DNA from: a virus
Taxonomy: Duplodnaviria > Caudoviricetes
Virus record (IMG/VR): IMGVR_UViG_3300028888_000101
Span: 1-64,000 of that record
Reading direction: 5' to 3' (one strand)
DNA length: 64,000 nucleotides
In this document: positions 16,423 through 25,235 of the stretch, piece after piece
Numbering within the stretch: position 1 is the stretch's first letter
Layout: each line of letters begins with the position of its first letter
Translations under genes and position numbers: made by a program
Notes under the pieces: generated by a model
Databases searched by the model: none
Told to the model about the DNA's origin: nothing
The model's input: the letters and a program-made list of their open reading frames with translations, nothing else

Positions 16423-16710
16423 ATGGAACAGGAGAAAACTAAAAAGACAGACAGCCGTAAATTCGTTGTATGGATTACTTGGCTTATCGTTGCGATTCTT
16501 GTAATTGCATGGTGTGCTGTTGTAATGATTTTTACAAAACAGATTGTAGAAGGTCTTGTAAGCCTTATTGAGAAAGCACTCTCATACTTCTTTGCAATCA
16601 GTATGATGTATCTTGGGGTAAATGTAGGACAGAAAGTTGGATTGGCTTTTGCCGATAAACTTTTACCAAAAGAAGAATCTAATATTGAAGAAGAGGAGAA
16701 CGAAAAATGA
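16423..16710 (+). CDS. holin-like protein (2 TM)
   Basis: SRKF then TM1, TM2 ending YLGVNVGQK; charged tail; upstream of the spanins. Confidence 0.6.
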   Translation: MEQEKTKKTDSRKFVVWITWLIVAILVIAWCAVVMIFTKQIVEGLVSLIEKALSYFFAISMMYLGVNVGQKVGLAFADKLLPKEESNIEEEENEK

Positions 16711-16907
16711 AAGATATGCCTAACGAAATGTCAGGACTGTTTCCAAAAAAATCTATGAATAAATCTGCAAAGGAAAAACCCGATATGATAGAAAGGGCGG
16801 CTGAAATTCTGAAGGTTATTTTGAACAGAGATGAAATCGAATCTATAAATGTAAAATACACTAAGGATAAGTTTGATATGAGTTTTAATTTCAAGGAGAA
16901 CAAATAA
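16707..16907 (+). CDS. hypothetical protein
   Basis: ATGA overlap. Confidence 0.6.
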   Translation: MKDMPNEMSGLFPKKSMNKSAKEKPDMIERAAEILKVILNRDEIESINVKYTKDKFDMSFNFKENK

Positions 16908-17263
16908 TGAAAACAATTATTATTGGTGTAGGAATTATTGTATTACTTCTTCTTTGTCTTATTCTTGCAATCAAATATGCCGGTAAGAAATCTGAAGAGG
17001 CGAAAGAAAACAAGAAGATTGCAGACGCTTACAAACAGAATGCAGAAAGCCTTAAAGATTATTCAGAAAAGGTTCAGGAAGAAATTGCAAAGAAAGATGA
17101 AAAGGATAAGGAGATATCAAATGCAAAAACTAAAGAAGATTTGCGTAGTCATGCTCGGAATACTGCCAATTCTAACAATGACAAGCTGCGTAACAAAACC
17201 ACAGAATCAAAAGGTACTTCCACCAAGACCCGTAAGACCAGAACTAAATCCACCGGCAAGTGA
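16907..17263 (+). CDS. i-spanin (Rz-like)
   Basis: N-terminal TM followed by a long coiled coil; overlaps a lipoprotein gene. Confidence 0.65.
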   Translation: MKTIIIGVGIIVLLLLCLILAIKYAGKKSEEAKENKKIADAYKQNAESLKDYSEKVQEEIAKKDEKDKEISNAKTKEDLRSHARNTANSNNDKLRNKTTESKGTSTKTRKTRTKSTGK

Positions 17264-17375
17264 TGATGACGATTATGCATGGGAAGTGTATTACAACCAT
17301 GCGATAGACAGTCTGGAGTCTACGATAACACTTTGGGAATATTGGGCTGATACTGTTGAAAATATAAACGAATAA
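17121..17375 (+). CDS. o-spanin (Rz1-like) lipoprotein
   Basis: AAGGAG RBS, MQKLKK...ILTMTS-C lipobox, Pro-rich mature part; +1 frame overlap with the i-spanin. Confidence 0.7.
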   Translation: MQKLKKICVVMLGILPILTMTSCVTKPQNQKVLPPRPVRPELNPPASDDDDYAWEVYYNHAIDSLESTITLWEYWADTVENINE

Positions 17376-17379
17376 AATT

Positions 17380-17410
17380 AAAGACGGAAGTAATTCCGTC
17401 TTTTTTTACA
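17380..17410 (+). terminator. intrinsic terminator
   Basis: AAGACGGAA/TTCCGTCTT plus T run. Confidence 0.8.
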
Positions 17411-17422
17411 TATTATCTATAT

Positions 17423-18988
17423 ATGGAGAATCCTTTTATGAATATGAATAAACTTCTTAAATCATCAATTGAGATTACAGGAAAAATACCTTTATTACTT
17501 AAAAATAAACTTGAATCAGCCGGTGTACTTGTAGACGGTCTTATCACTGGTGGAAACAACATTAACGTTACATTGAATTCTAAAGGTACAGAAACTACAG
17601 TTGAGGCTACTTTTGTCGGTAACGGTAAATGGGTTGTAGACAGTCTTGATGATGCTGCAAATCTTTTTCCAGAGATTGAAGAAGGTGATTCTGTTTCCGC
17701 AGATATGTTTACCAAGTTATTCATGAACAGTATTAATTCAGGTCTTATTCTCTCATTTAATCCGCTTGGTGAAGTAAAATACGGAATCAAAGATAAGATA
17801 GATAATCTTAAAGAAAAGGCACAGAAAGTAAAAGATTGGGCTAATAATACTTTATACGCTGAAGACGCTGAAAAATGGATTCGTGGTAACGGTCCTTACA
17901 GACGTACTTTTACTGATGCTAGAGACGGACAAACACGAACTAAAAAAGATTATAGTGCCGGTAGAATAAATGTAGGAAAGATTCAACAGTTAAACGATGA
18001 GGGTAAAGGTCATTATAAAGTTCTCACAGGAAACCCAGCTACTCAGGATTTTCAAGTATGGCACCTTTATAAGAACGGTAATAAAATCAGATGTGTTGAT
18101 TTGAAGACAGGCCTTAAACCACAAGAAGCAGAATGGGTATACGATAATAACATCCCAGATAATTGGAGTGAAGCTGATTGGAATCCTGAGGGTGAGATTC
18201 CTGAGAAAGCAAGTAAGATTGAAATACAGGAAGTTCCTCAAACAGAAGAAGATAATGTAAACGAGACAGAAGAATCTCAGACTACAGAAGAGAATAACGT
18301 AACTGCTGAATCTGAAGATGTAGAACAGACAGAAGAAGATAATATCGGTAATCCTGACAATTGGTGGGATGATTCTGAAAACGGTGATGAATGGAATGAA
18401 GATATGGAATATGTTCAAATGGATGAAGAGAATAACGTAACCGAAGAGCCTAAGAAGAAAAAGAAGAAAGTTACAGCAGCTCTTGTAAAATCAAGCATAG
18501 AAGATAGTGATTCTGATTTTGGTGAAGATGTTGAAGAGGATAATGTTATTGAATCTAAACCAAAGAAGAAGTCAAAGTATAACGGAAAGAATGTAACAGG
18601 TTATCAAGACGGTATGCTCGGAACCATGACAGTTGCATCATCTCTTATCTCATGTAGTCTTATTCTGAGTAAGATTGAAGATTTCCAAAATTATATTAAA
18701 CAATACAAATTGGGAAAGAAACCAAAGCAGGTTCTTACAGAGATATTAACACGATTACGAAAACTTCCTGCAGAAGACAGAAACAATATCACTAAAGACA
18801 GTAACAACAATGTGCTTATTATAAATTTCGGAAACACAGATTTAACTACAGAGAATTATATGGCTCAGTTTGAGATTTATGACGATGATGTTGTATCTAA
18901 AGTAAATCTCGGAAAAGGAAACAGTATGACAGGTGATGACGCTATCAGAATGTGTACGCAGACACTTGATAGCATCACTAATCCTTAG
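17423..18988 (+). CDS. large hypothetical, probably virion-associated protein with acidic low-complexity region
   Basis: 521-aa ORF; TEED/TEEN repeats. Confidence 0.75.
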   Translation: MENPFMNMNKLLKSSIEITGKIPLLLKNKLESAGVLVDGLITGGNNINVTLNSKGTETTVEATFVGNGKWVVDSLDDAANLFPEIEEGDSVSADMFTKLFMNSINSGLILSFNPLGEVKYGIKDKIDNLKEKAQKVKDWANNTLYAEDAEKWIRGNGPYRRTFTDARDGQTRTKKDYSAGRINVGKIQQLNDEGKGHYKVLTGNPATQDFQVWHLYKNGNKIRCVDLKTGLKPQEAEWVYDNNIPDNWSEADWNPEGEIPEKASKIEIQEVPQTEEDNVNETEESQTTEENNVTAESEDVEQTEEDNIGNPDNWWDDSENGDEWNEDMEYVQMDEENNVTEEPKKKKKKVTAALVKSSIEDSDSDFGEDVEEDNVIESKPKKKSKYNGKNVTGYQDGMLGTMTVASSLISCSLILSKIEDFQNYIKQYKLGKKPKQVLTEILTRLRKLPAEDRNNITKDSNNNVLIINFGNTDLTTENYMAQFEIYDDDVVSKVNLGKGNSMTGDDAIRMCTQTLDSITNP

Positions 18989-19106
18989 AAGAGATTTCTG
19001 TTAACAATTTGTCGATTTGCTCCTGAGTAAGTGGTGTAACATCCTTGAGGTACTCATCACTTACTTTTGATTTTTCATCAACATCTTTCGGACACTTGTT
19101 TTCCAT
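18978..19106 (-). CDS. 42-aa peptide resembling the FliM N-terminal CheY-binding motif
   Basis: GGAGGT RBS then ATG at 19106; C-terminal LTQEQIDKLLTEISS. Confidence 0.6.
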   Translation of the reverse strand: MENKCPKDVDEKSKVSDEYLKDVTPLTQEQIDKLLTEISSKD

Positions 19107-19110
19107 ATCA

Positions 19111-19386
19111 CTACCTCCAAGTAATAACTCTTCTTGAATTAAAGAACTGGAATAACCATTTCTCACTAAGGCACTTCTTGAAAGCGTTTCTGTACTCTGG
19201 AATAGAAAGTCTGATAGCTTCATCTGGATTAGTCTTGCTGCCGTACTTCTTTACGATACAGAGAATTTCATTTCCATCTCTTTCCCAAAGAACCTGAAGT
19301 GTATTGTCTTTGTTTGTGGCCATTACACTAGCCTGTCTGATTGATTTGAGATAAGCCTCTTTTCCTGTACATCTAACCATTTCCAT
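19111..19386 (-). CDS. hypothetical early protein
   Basis: AGGAGG RBS, sigma70-like promoter upstream. Confidence 0.7.
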   Translation of the reverse strand: MEMVRCTGKEAYLKSIRQASVMATNKDNTLQVLWERDGNEILCIVKKYGSKTNPDEAIRLSIPEYRNAFKKCLSEKWLFQFFNSRRVITWR

Positions 19387-19418
19387 AATCTGCCTCCTAA
19401 AGCACCTAAGATACTTTG

Positions 19419-19448
19419 ATTATAACATAGAATAAAATAAAAAGTAAA
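19419..19448 (-). promoter_or_regulatory. host sigma70-type promoter (class also at 25198-25226, 26517-26545, 33558-33586, 55844-55872 on -, and 28215-28243 on +)
   Basis: TTTAC(A/T) or TTGAAA, 17-18 bp spacer, TAT(A/T/G)(A/T)(T/A). Confidence 0.7.
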
Positions 19449-19623
19449 GGATTTTAGAAACTATTTCAATATAATTATAGAACTTCGATATCTTAGTTAT
19501 AACGTGATTATCCGCATCAATTGAATAATTACACTATTTTTCTGAGAAAACCTCTCCAAATCAATCCTGGTGCGAATTAGAGTATGTTTTAAGTCTATTA
19601 TTAGAACTATAAAGGAGATTAAC

Positions 19624-19899
19624 ATGGCACCACAGGAATATCTTGAATTTATGAGAAAACGATATCACACATACGCTTATTTCAAATACTCATTAAAAGA
19701 CTGTAATACTGAAGCGGATTTTTCTGTAAAATCGAATGAGCTACTTGATGAGATATTTGAAGATGAAAAAATGTATTTTGATTTCACCAAAGGCCAGATA
19801 CTTATCGCACCAATTCAGAAAGAATACGAGAACTTATCAGCCTACTCTCAGAAAGTAATGCAATTCTTTGCAATGTTTCAGCAATTAAAAGGATTCTAA
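19624..19899 (+). CDS. hypothetical protein
   Basis: AAGGAG RBS before the ATG at 19624. Confidence 0.65.
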   Translation: MAPQEYLEFMRKRYHTYAYFKYSLKDCNTEADFSVKSNELLDEIFEDEKMYFDFTKGQILIAPIQKEYENLSAYSQKVMQFFAMFQQLKGF

Positions 19900-19928
19900 G
19901 ATTAAATATTCTTAAAGGAGAATTTACT

Positions 19929-20600
19929 ATGGATTCTAAAGTAAAGAGTGCCGTAAACGAACTTGCGGATTTATTCGGTACAACACCTAAAGGAACAACA
20001 GTTTATTTTAACGAATATAATTACACACCGATTCCACAACCGGTTACAGAAGCGGTAAAAGCGATAATGAATGATTATTCTGAACTGAAATACAGAATTG
20101 GACTTTACTCGGTAACTGTACTTGATACAGATAAAAAAAAAATCGCTAACGCATTAAATAAGAAACCCATAGAGTCAAAGACCGCTATGGGTAATCTTCA
20201 TGATGAATTCGTAACAGGTAAAATTACTGAAGCTGAGCTTAAAGATACTCTCACAAAGAAACACGGTTACGGAAAACGTAAGGCTGCAGCACTTATCGAT
20301 AAGTGGAAACCTGGCGTAATCAAATCATCGCTTTCGGATTATTTTCCTGTAAGTGGAAGTCAGGCAGAAGAACTTGAAGATAAGATTTCTCAGTTTGATA
20401 ATAAATCAGATATCAGAACAACACTCGAAGATTATTTTCACATTTACGATGATTATGCCGAAATGTCTGTTGAAGATTTTGATAATGCACTTGATGAATA
20501 TTTCAACGAGATTGATGAAGATGATTTTCTTACTGACGAAATAGACGATACCGCTATGGATGAATACGGTGGAGATGAATATTCTGAATCGTTAGAATAA
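19929..20600 (+). CDS. hypothetical protein with acidic C-terminus
   Basis: RBS; immediately upstream of the portal. Confidence 0.75.
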   Translation: MDSKVKSAVNELADLFGTTPKGTTVYFNEYNYTPIPQPVTEAVKAIMNDYSELKYRIGLYSVTVLDTDKKKIANALNKKPIESKTAMGNLHDEFVTGKITEAELKDTLTKKHGYGKRKAAALIDKWKPGVIKSSLSDYFPVSGSQAEELEDKISQFDNKSDIRTTLEDYFHIYDDYAEMSVEDFDNALDEYFNEIDEDDFLTDEIDDTAMDEYGGDEYSESLE

Positions 20601-20662
20601 TTTTTTGTAGGATTTTCCTCTATTTTTACATATTATTTATATAAGATGGAGGAAATCCTTAA

Positions 20663-22633
20663 ATGAATAATAACAATAAGAACAGTAAACAAACCATTCC
20701 ACAAATAGTAAAACATTTTCTTACACGTGATGAAGATGAAGACCTTTTTAATCAGGTTGAGGAATATAATAACTACGCCAATTATTCGATAGAGACATCT
20801 ACAACTTCAAGGTCTATCTTAAATGCACTTAAAGACATCCCTTCAATGGTTGATGACCCTATCTGTGGTTCTGCTGTAAAAGCTGTAATGCAGACAACTT
20901 TCCAGACAAACGGTAATAACGAATTGTTTACACTTGTTACACCATCCACACTTATTGAAAACGAATTGAATGATTTCCATGAAGCAATCGGTGTAAATCA
21001 GTTCTTACTCACCACAGGATATAATAATCTTTTGTGGGGTCAGTTACCATGGAAACACATTTATAGTTCTGAGGGTGTTCTGGAAAGGGTTGTTCCTATT
21101 CCTGATTTCACAAGCATTACTCCGATTATTATCAGTGGTAAAACAATTGGATTCATAAATGAAAACGGTGACTTTGTTCCGTCTTATGAATACACATACA
21201 GTCAGCTTGAGTATTACAAGAATCTTGGCGGTAACTCTAAGAACGTTTCTATCACAATGGGAAGTAGTTCTTCTAATCCTATTGAACAGACTTTGCAGAA
21301 TGAGTTCACATACGCAAATAGTTATCTGGGACAGGCAAGTAAACCATGGAGAAACGTAAATGTAATCGAAGACGCATTACTTCTCAATCGTATGGACCAA
21401 AGTAATTACTACAGAATCATCTCTGTAAATGTCGGTGCTCAGGTTTATTCTAAATCAGCTATTCAGGTTCTTAATTATTACCGTAATCTTTTCAAGAAAG
21501 TAAGACGTGTTAATTATGATTCTGACGGAATGAGTAGCAGAGGTATCGGACAGAACTTCGAAGTTATTGTTCCTCAGACACAGAATCAAGGCGTAAACGT
21601 TCAGGAAGTTGCAGGAAATCCTGACATTAAAGCACTTAAAGACCTTGATACACAATATCAGAAACTCTTTGCCGCACTTCAGATTCAACCGTCTATGATT
21701 GGATTCTCTGAAGATACACCGTCTTCACTTGGTGACAGTGCGGCTCTTACTTGGGATAAACGATTCGCTAAAGTATGTAAAACACTTTCTTACAGTACAT
21801 ACGATGCCCTTAAAAATATTGATTATCTCCATTTGCGTTCACTTGGTTATAATGTTACTAAAGACGATTGGAAATACGCTACTGTATCTAATACAATTCA
21901 GGAAGACCAGGATAAAGGCGAAAGTCTTAAAATCGCTGTTGAGAATCTTAAAGAAATCACAGACAGTTTTACGAGTATGGAAGTTCAGTACGATAAAGAA
22001 TATCTTATCAAAACTATTCTTGGCGATGCTCTCGGTAACTTTGGTGTTGATTCTGAAAAACTTCTTGCGGCTAAAGATGATGTCGGTGATGATAATGAAC
22101 AACTTATGATTGCGACATCTCTCAGACAGGGTAAGATTAAGAACACATTCAAACAGGATATTCTTAATGAAGATGCTCGTGTTATGACTTTGAATGGTAT
22201 TTATAAAGAGAGGGAAATCAAGAAGATTATTGCAGCATTTACTAAATCAGACGTAAAGGTTGAAGAACAGACCACACCAATGACACTTAAACAGCTTTGT
22301 TCTTCGTTTGTTGTTAAACGTGATAATCCTCTGAATCTCAAGGGATTTGTAGAATATGTTGATGATGAACCTAGACTGATAGAAGATTCATTCATAGGCT
22401 CTAAACAAACAAACGGAGAAGCTGTACCGTTTAAGTTCCCTGTAATCTGTTCTAAAGAATATGAAGTTACAGCAGGTGACCTCGACCTTGGTGCAGTATC
22501 TTGTGTAAACAATCTGTATATCGACAAGAACGGTAATTATACAATCAACAGTAAGACTGACCTTGCAAGATATCTTTATAATTATATGAATGACGGTATT
22601 GATTGTTACTGTGGAACTGTATGGAAACAATAA
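20663..22633 (+). CDS. portal protein (T4 gp20-like)
   Basis: PWRNVNVIEDALLLNR...YRIISVNVG resembles gp20 LEDAxVIYRxxR..RRV..VD.G; DLDTQYQKLFAALQI resembles DxxYFxxKLYxAL. Confidence 0.8.
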   Translation: MNNNNKNSKQTIPQIVKHFLTRDEDEDLFNQVEEYNNYANYSIETSTTSRSILNALKDIPSMVDDPICGSAVKAVMQTTFQTNGNNELFTLVTPSTLIENELNDFHEAIGVNQFLLTTGYNNLLWGQLPWKHIYSSEGVLERVVPIPDFTSITPIIISGKTIGFINENGDFVPSYEYTYSQLEYYKNLGGNSKNVSITMGSSSSNPIEQTLQNEFTYANSYLGQASKPWRNVNVIEDALLLNRMDQSNYYRIISVNVGAQVYSKSAIQVLNYYRNLFKKVRRVNYDSDGMSSRGIGQNFEVIVPQTQNQGVNVQEVAGNPDIKALKDLDTQYQKLFAALQIQPSMIGFSEDTPSSLGDSAALTWDKRFAKVCKTLSYSTYDALKNIDYLHLRSLGYNVTKDDWKYATVSNTIQEDQDKGESLKIAVENLKEITDSFTSMEVQYDKEYLIKTILGDALGNFGVDSEKLLAAKDDVGDDNEQLMIATSLRQGKIKNTFKQDILNEDARVMTLNGIYKEREIKKIIAAFTKSDVKVEEQTTPMTLKQLCSSFVVKRDNPLNLKGFVEYVDDEPRLIEDSFIGSKQTNGEAVPFKFPVICSKEYEVTAGDLDLGAVSCVNNLYIDKNGNYTINSKTDLARYLYNYMNDGIDCYCGTVWKQ

Positions 22634-22696
22634 TCTTGTTCAATAAATAATTCTATTATTATATTATAATTAGAATTATTTATTCAGGAGAAAAAC

Positions 22697-23149
22697 ATGA
22701 GTAAGAGAACAATCAGACTTCAGCCTTCATCGGGCAAGTTTTTACAGACATCTTTGGATGGCCGTATCATTAATATTTTCCTTGTAGACCCTAAAACAAA
22801 TGTTCAGGGTACTGAGGTAAATTACGATGATGCGATTCGTATTCTTGCATTTAAGAATCCGGTTGCTATTCCTGTACCTGTTAAAGGTAGAGACGGAAAG
22901 TACATTAAACAGCTTACAGATGAAGACATTGCTGCTATTGAAGAGATTCGAAATAACGGTTATAAAGAGACAACCGCTATCGTATCATCTGACAATTCTG
23001 CACTTGAGAACGTTGTTGCTTCACAGAATGAAGTAATTAAGTCTCAGATGGACTTCATGACTCAGATGAAAAAGGAAATGGATGAACTTAAATCTGAAGT
23101 AAAAAAGATGAACAGTAAATCCGAATCCAAAGCTAAAAGAGAAAAATAA
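22697..23149 (+). CDS. hypothetical protein with C-terminal coiled coil
   Basis: AGGAG RBS. Confidence 0.75.
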   Translation: MSKRTIRLQPSSGKFLQTSLDGRIINIFLVDPKTNVQGTEVNYDDAIRILAFKNPVAIPVPVKGRDGKYIKQLTDEDIAAIEEIRNNGYKETTAIVSSDNSALENVVASQNEVIKSQMDFMTQMKKEMDELKSEVKKMNSKSESKAKREK

Positions 23150-23240
23150 ACTATTTTTGGCCTCCTAAGCATTAATAGTTTTTGAGAACCTTGAGCGGAC
23201 CTCACAACTCACATCCATATCCGCTTAAGGTTCTCTTTTT
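23148..23240 (+). ncRNA. 3'-UTR hairpin displaying anti-SD GCCTCCTAAG, followed by a terminator
   Basis: AAACTATT/AATAGTTT stem with GCCTCCTAAGC in the loop; GAGAACCTT(G/T)AGCGGA-type 15-bp terminator plus T run. Confidence 0.5.
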
Positions 23241-23267
23241 ATTTACATATTTAAGTGAGGTTACATT

Positions 23268-23996
23268 ATGGTTTCATTAAAGAAATACACAAAAGAACAA
23301 ATCCTTACAGAAGGTAACAATCGTTTCAAAAAGATTGCGAGTATGCTCGATAAAGAAGATTTGGAAGATATGCTGCAACAGGCATTAACTTGGCTCGACC
23401 AGGTTATCTTTACTCCAAGAGCGGTACTGTTTAAGCCAGATGATATAATGATGTATAAAGGCGGATGGTTTGTTGATGTAACTCCATACAAAGTAGATGT
23501 AATTAATAACGCTTATTATCAGGATACTTTTGATGAACAATTGAACACTATTCTTCCTGAGGTCGGTCTCATGCCTTTCATTGTAGGTGGTAATACCTTT
23601 AATTCGTTGAGTTCTATCGGTGATTATCTGGGTCTTAGAAGTAACCTTAATATGATGAACAGACAACTTGAACTTGACGGTGATTATGAACTATGGCCTG
23701 TAGATGAAGAAGGAAGACAATTACTGCAAGTAAAGAACAATCATCTGATAAGAATAGAATATCTTCCGAACATTGATAGAAATGCGGAAGAATGGTATCT
23801 GTATGATTATGAATATGGTGCGTTAAAAGACGTTCTGTTCGACATGTGTAATATATTCAACTACGAACAACTTATGTCAGCTCAATCACTTGGTGTAAGT
23901 AAAGAAACAGAGAACCTTGCTAAATACTGGAATGACAAACTTGAAAAAGACAAGAAAGAATTCCAGGACAAAGTTCTCGTTACTGCGTTGATGTAG
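23268..23996 (+). CDS. neck/head-completion protein (gp13-like), putative
   Basis: Size, position after the portal, ELxxxDLEDMLQQAL helix, C-terminal LExxKKEF. Confidence 0.5.
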   Translation: MVSLKKYTKEQILTEGNNRFKKIASMLDKEDLEDMLQQALTWLDQVIFTPRAVLFKPDDIMMYKGGWFVDVTPYKVDVINNAYYQDTFDEQLNTILPEVGLMPFIVGGNTFNSLSSIGDYLGLRSNLNMMNRQLELDGDYELWPVDEEGRQLLQVKNNHLIRIEYLPNIDRNAEEWYLYDYEYGALKDVLFDMCNIFNYEQLMSAQSLGVSKETENLAKYWNDKLEKDKKEFQDKVLVTALM

Positions 23997-24199
23997 TACT
24001 AATTATATACGCTTCTCTTAAAGAACGGATGATTTACCATTTTTGAAACTGTGGTGGACTGATTCTTCTCCACAGTAAGGAAAGAATCTTTATCTTTTAC
24101 ATCAGTGAAAGTAATGTAATCTTTGCACATTAAACAAAGATATTTTCTACCGTTGATATTACAGAATATTCTACTCATCTTTATTGCTCCTAAAAATAA

Positions 24200-24224
24200 T
24201 CAGGGTGACGAATCACCCTGATTT
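24200..24224 (-). terminator. intrinsic terminator of the DUF932 island
   Basis: AATCAGGGTGA/TCACCCTGATT. Confidence 0.7.
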
Positions 24225-24234
24225 AATGTTAGAA

Positions 24235-25164
24235 TTAAGCTGATTTCAGAATATCTTCTGCTGCTGAAAGCATTGAATATCCGTTCATGAAGTTGGCCAT
24301 TTTCCAATCGGCACTTGTAGAAGTTTTGCGGAGAGGTTCACCGTTTGAAACGAAATCAGCTACCGAATTGTAAAGACCCCAGGCAGTTCCCTTGAAGTTC
24401 TGAAGGTCTTCTTTATTGTGATAGATGTCTGCAATTGCAAGACCAACTTTTTCAGTAGACTTTTCAGAAAGATTCATCTTCTTGAACAATTCACGGAAGA
24501 AAGCCTCTTCACGAACTTTCTGTCCTGCCATTTTGATTGCATCTTCTTTTACACGTTCAGTGTAATTAAGTGCAAGTCCGAGAGCCTGTTCTGCTTCAGC
24601 CTGTTTACCTTTGATTGATTCTGTATGGCGAAGATTCCAAGTTCTCTGAGCACCGTTGATGGCAAGCTGCAAAGTATTTGAACATACTACTCTCACGCAG
24701 CTCACAGACGCTATTAATCCTGTTGTACCATCATGACTATTCGATACACATAAATAATTTTCAGTAGTATCACCAACCAAATCAATATCTGGCAATCTAA
24801 CCAACATAAAGGTTCGTTTACCGTTGAAAAGTGAACCTGCGGTTTCATATCTGCACTCAACACCTCTTGAATTTTCTATAATGTTATTTGTAAATTCAAA
24901 AGCGTCTTTGTTCTGTACAATTCTGTACTTACCTTTTACCATCCCAAGAACATCTTTTGTATCAGAACGTACATTTACAAAAAAGTCTGGAATTTCGGTT
25001 CCGTCTTTGAGAAATACAGGCTGTTGTACAACATCCCATCCAAGATTAGCTAATCTAATAGCTTCGTCTGAAGTGGCTGTTCCATCAATAACAGTTCCTA
25101 AACCATGCCAAGGTCTAATTCCATTTCCGCTAAACATAGTATCATGTTCCATGATTCCGTGCAT
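24235..25164 (-). CDS. DUF932/DUF945 (TIGR03299-like phage/plasmid) protein
   Basis: PWHGLG, L.WDV, Y.IVQN.DAF, ETAGSL..G...F, NSHDG, VRVVC.NTL, H..GTAWGLYN. Confidence 0.9.
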   Translation of the reverse strand: MHGIMEHDTMFSGNGIRPWHGLGTVIDGTATSDEAIRLANLGWDVVQQPVFLKDGTEIPDFFVNVRSDTKDVLGMVKGKYRIVQNKDAFEFTNNIIENSRGVECRYETAGSLFNGKRTFMLVRLPDIDLVGDTTENYLCVSNSHDGTTGLIASVSCVRVVCSNTLQLAINGAQRTWNLRHTESIKGKQAEAEQALGLALNYTERVKEDAIKMAGQKVREEAFFRELFKKMNLSEKSTEKVGLAIADIYHNKEDLQNFKGTAWGLYNSVADFVSNGEPLRKTSTSADWKMANFMNGYSMLSAAEDILKSA

Positions 25165-25235
25165 AAAAGCCTCCTAAGATTTATTATTTGTAATAATAAT
25201 ATATAATAAAATAACATCTTTGTAAAGTATTACGG

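Noticed and set aside
16403-16444. 15-bp duplication GGAGAAAACTAAAAA at the holin start
   Set aside because: Short A-rich slippage-type repeat with no evident consequence.
17423-22633. (I/V/L)xSS motifs as prohead-protease cleavage sites
   Set aside because: Few occurrences (LKSS, VKSS, IKSS) and no protease in the window to test against.
24018-24178. Minus-strand ORF behind the promoter motif at about 24231
   Set aside because: It has an RBS, but the frame closes after about 27 codons by my reading; too short to call, possibly a remnant.
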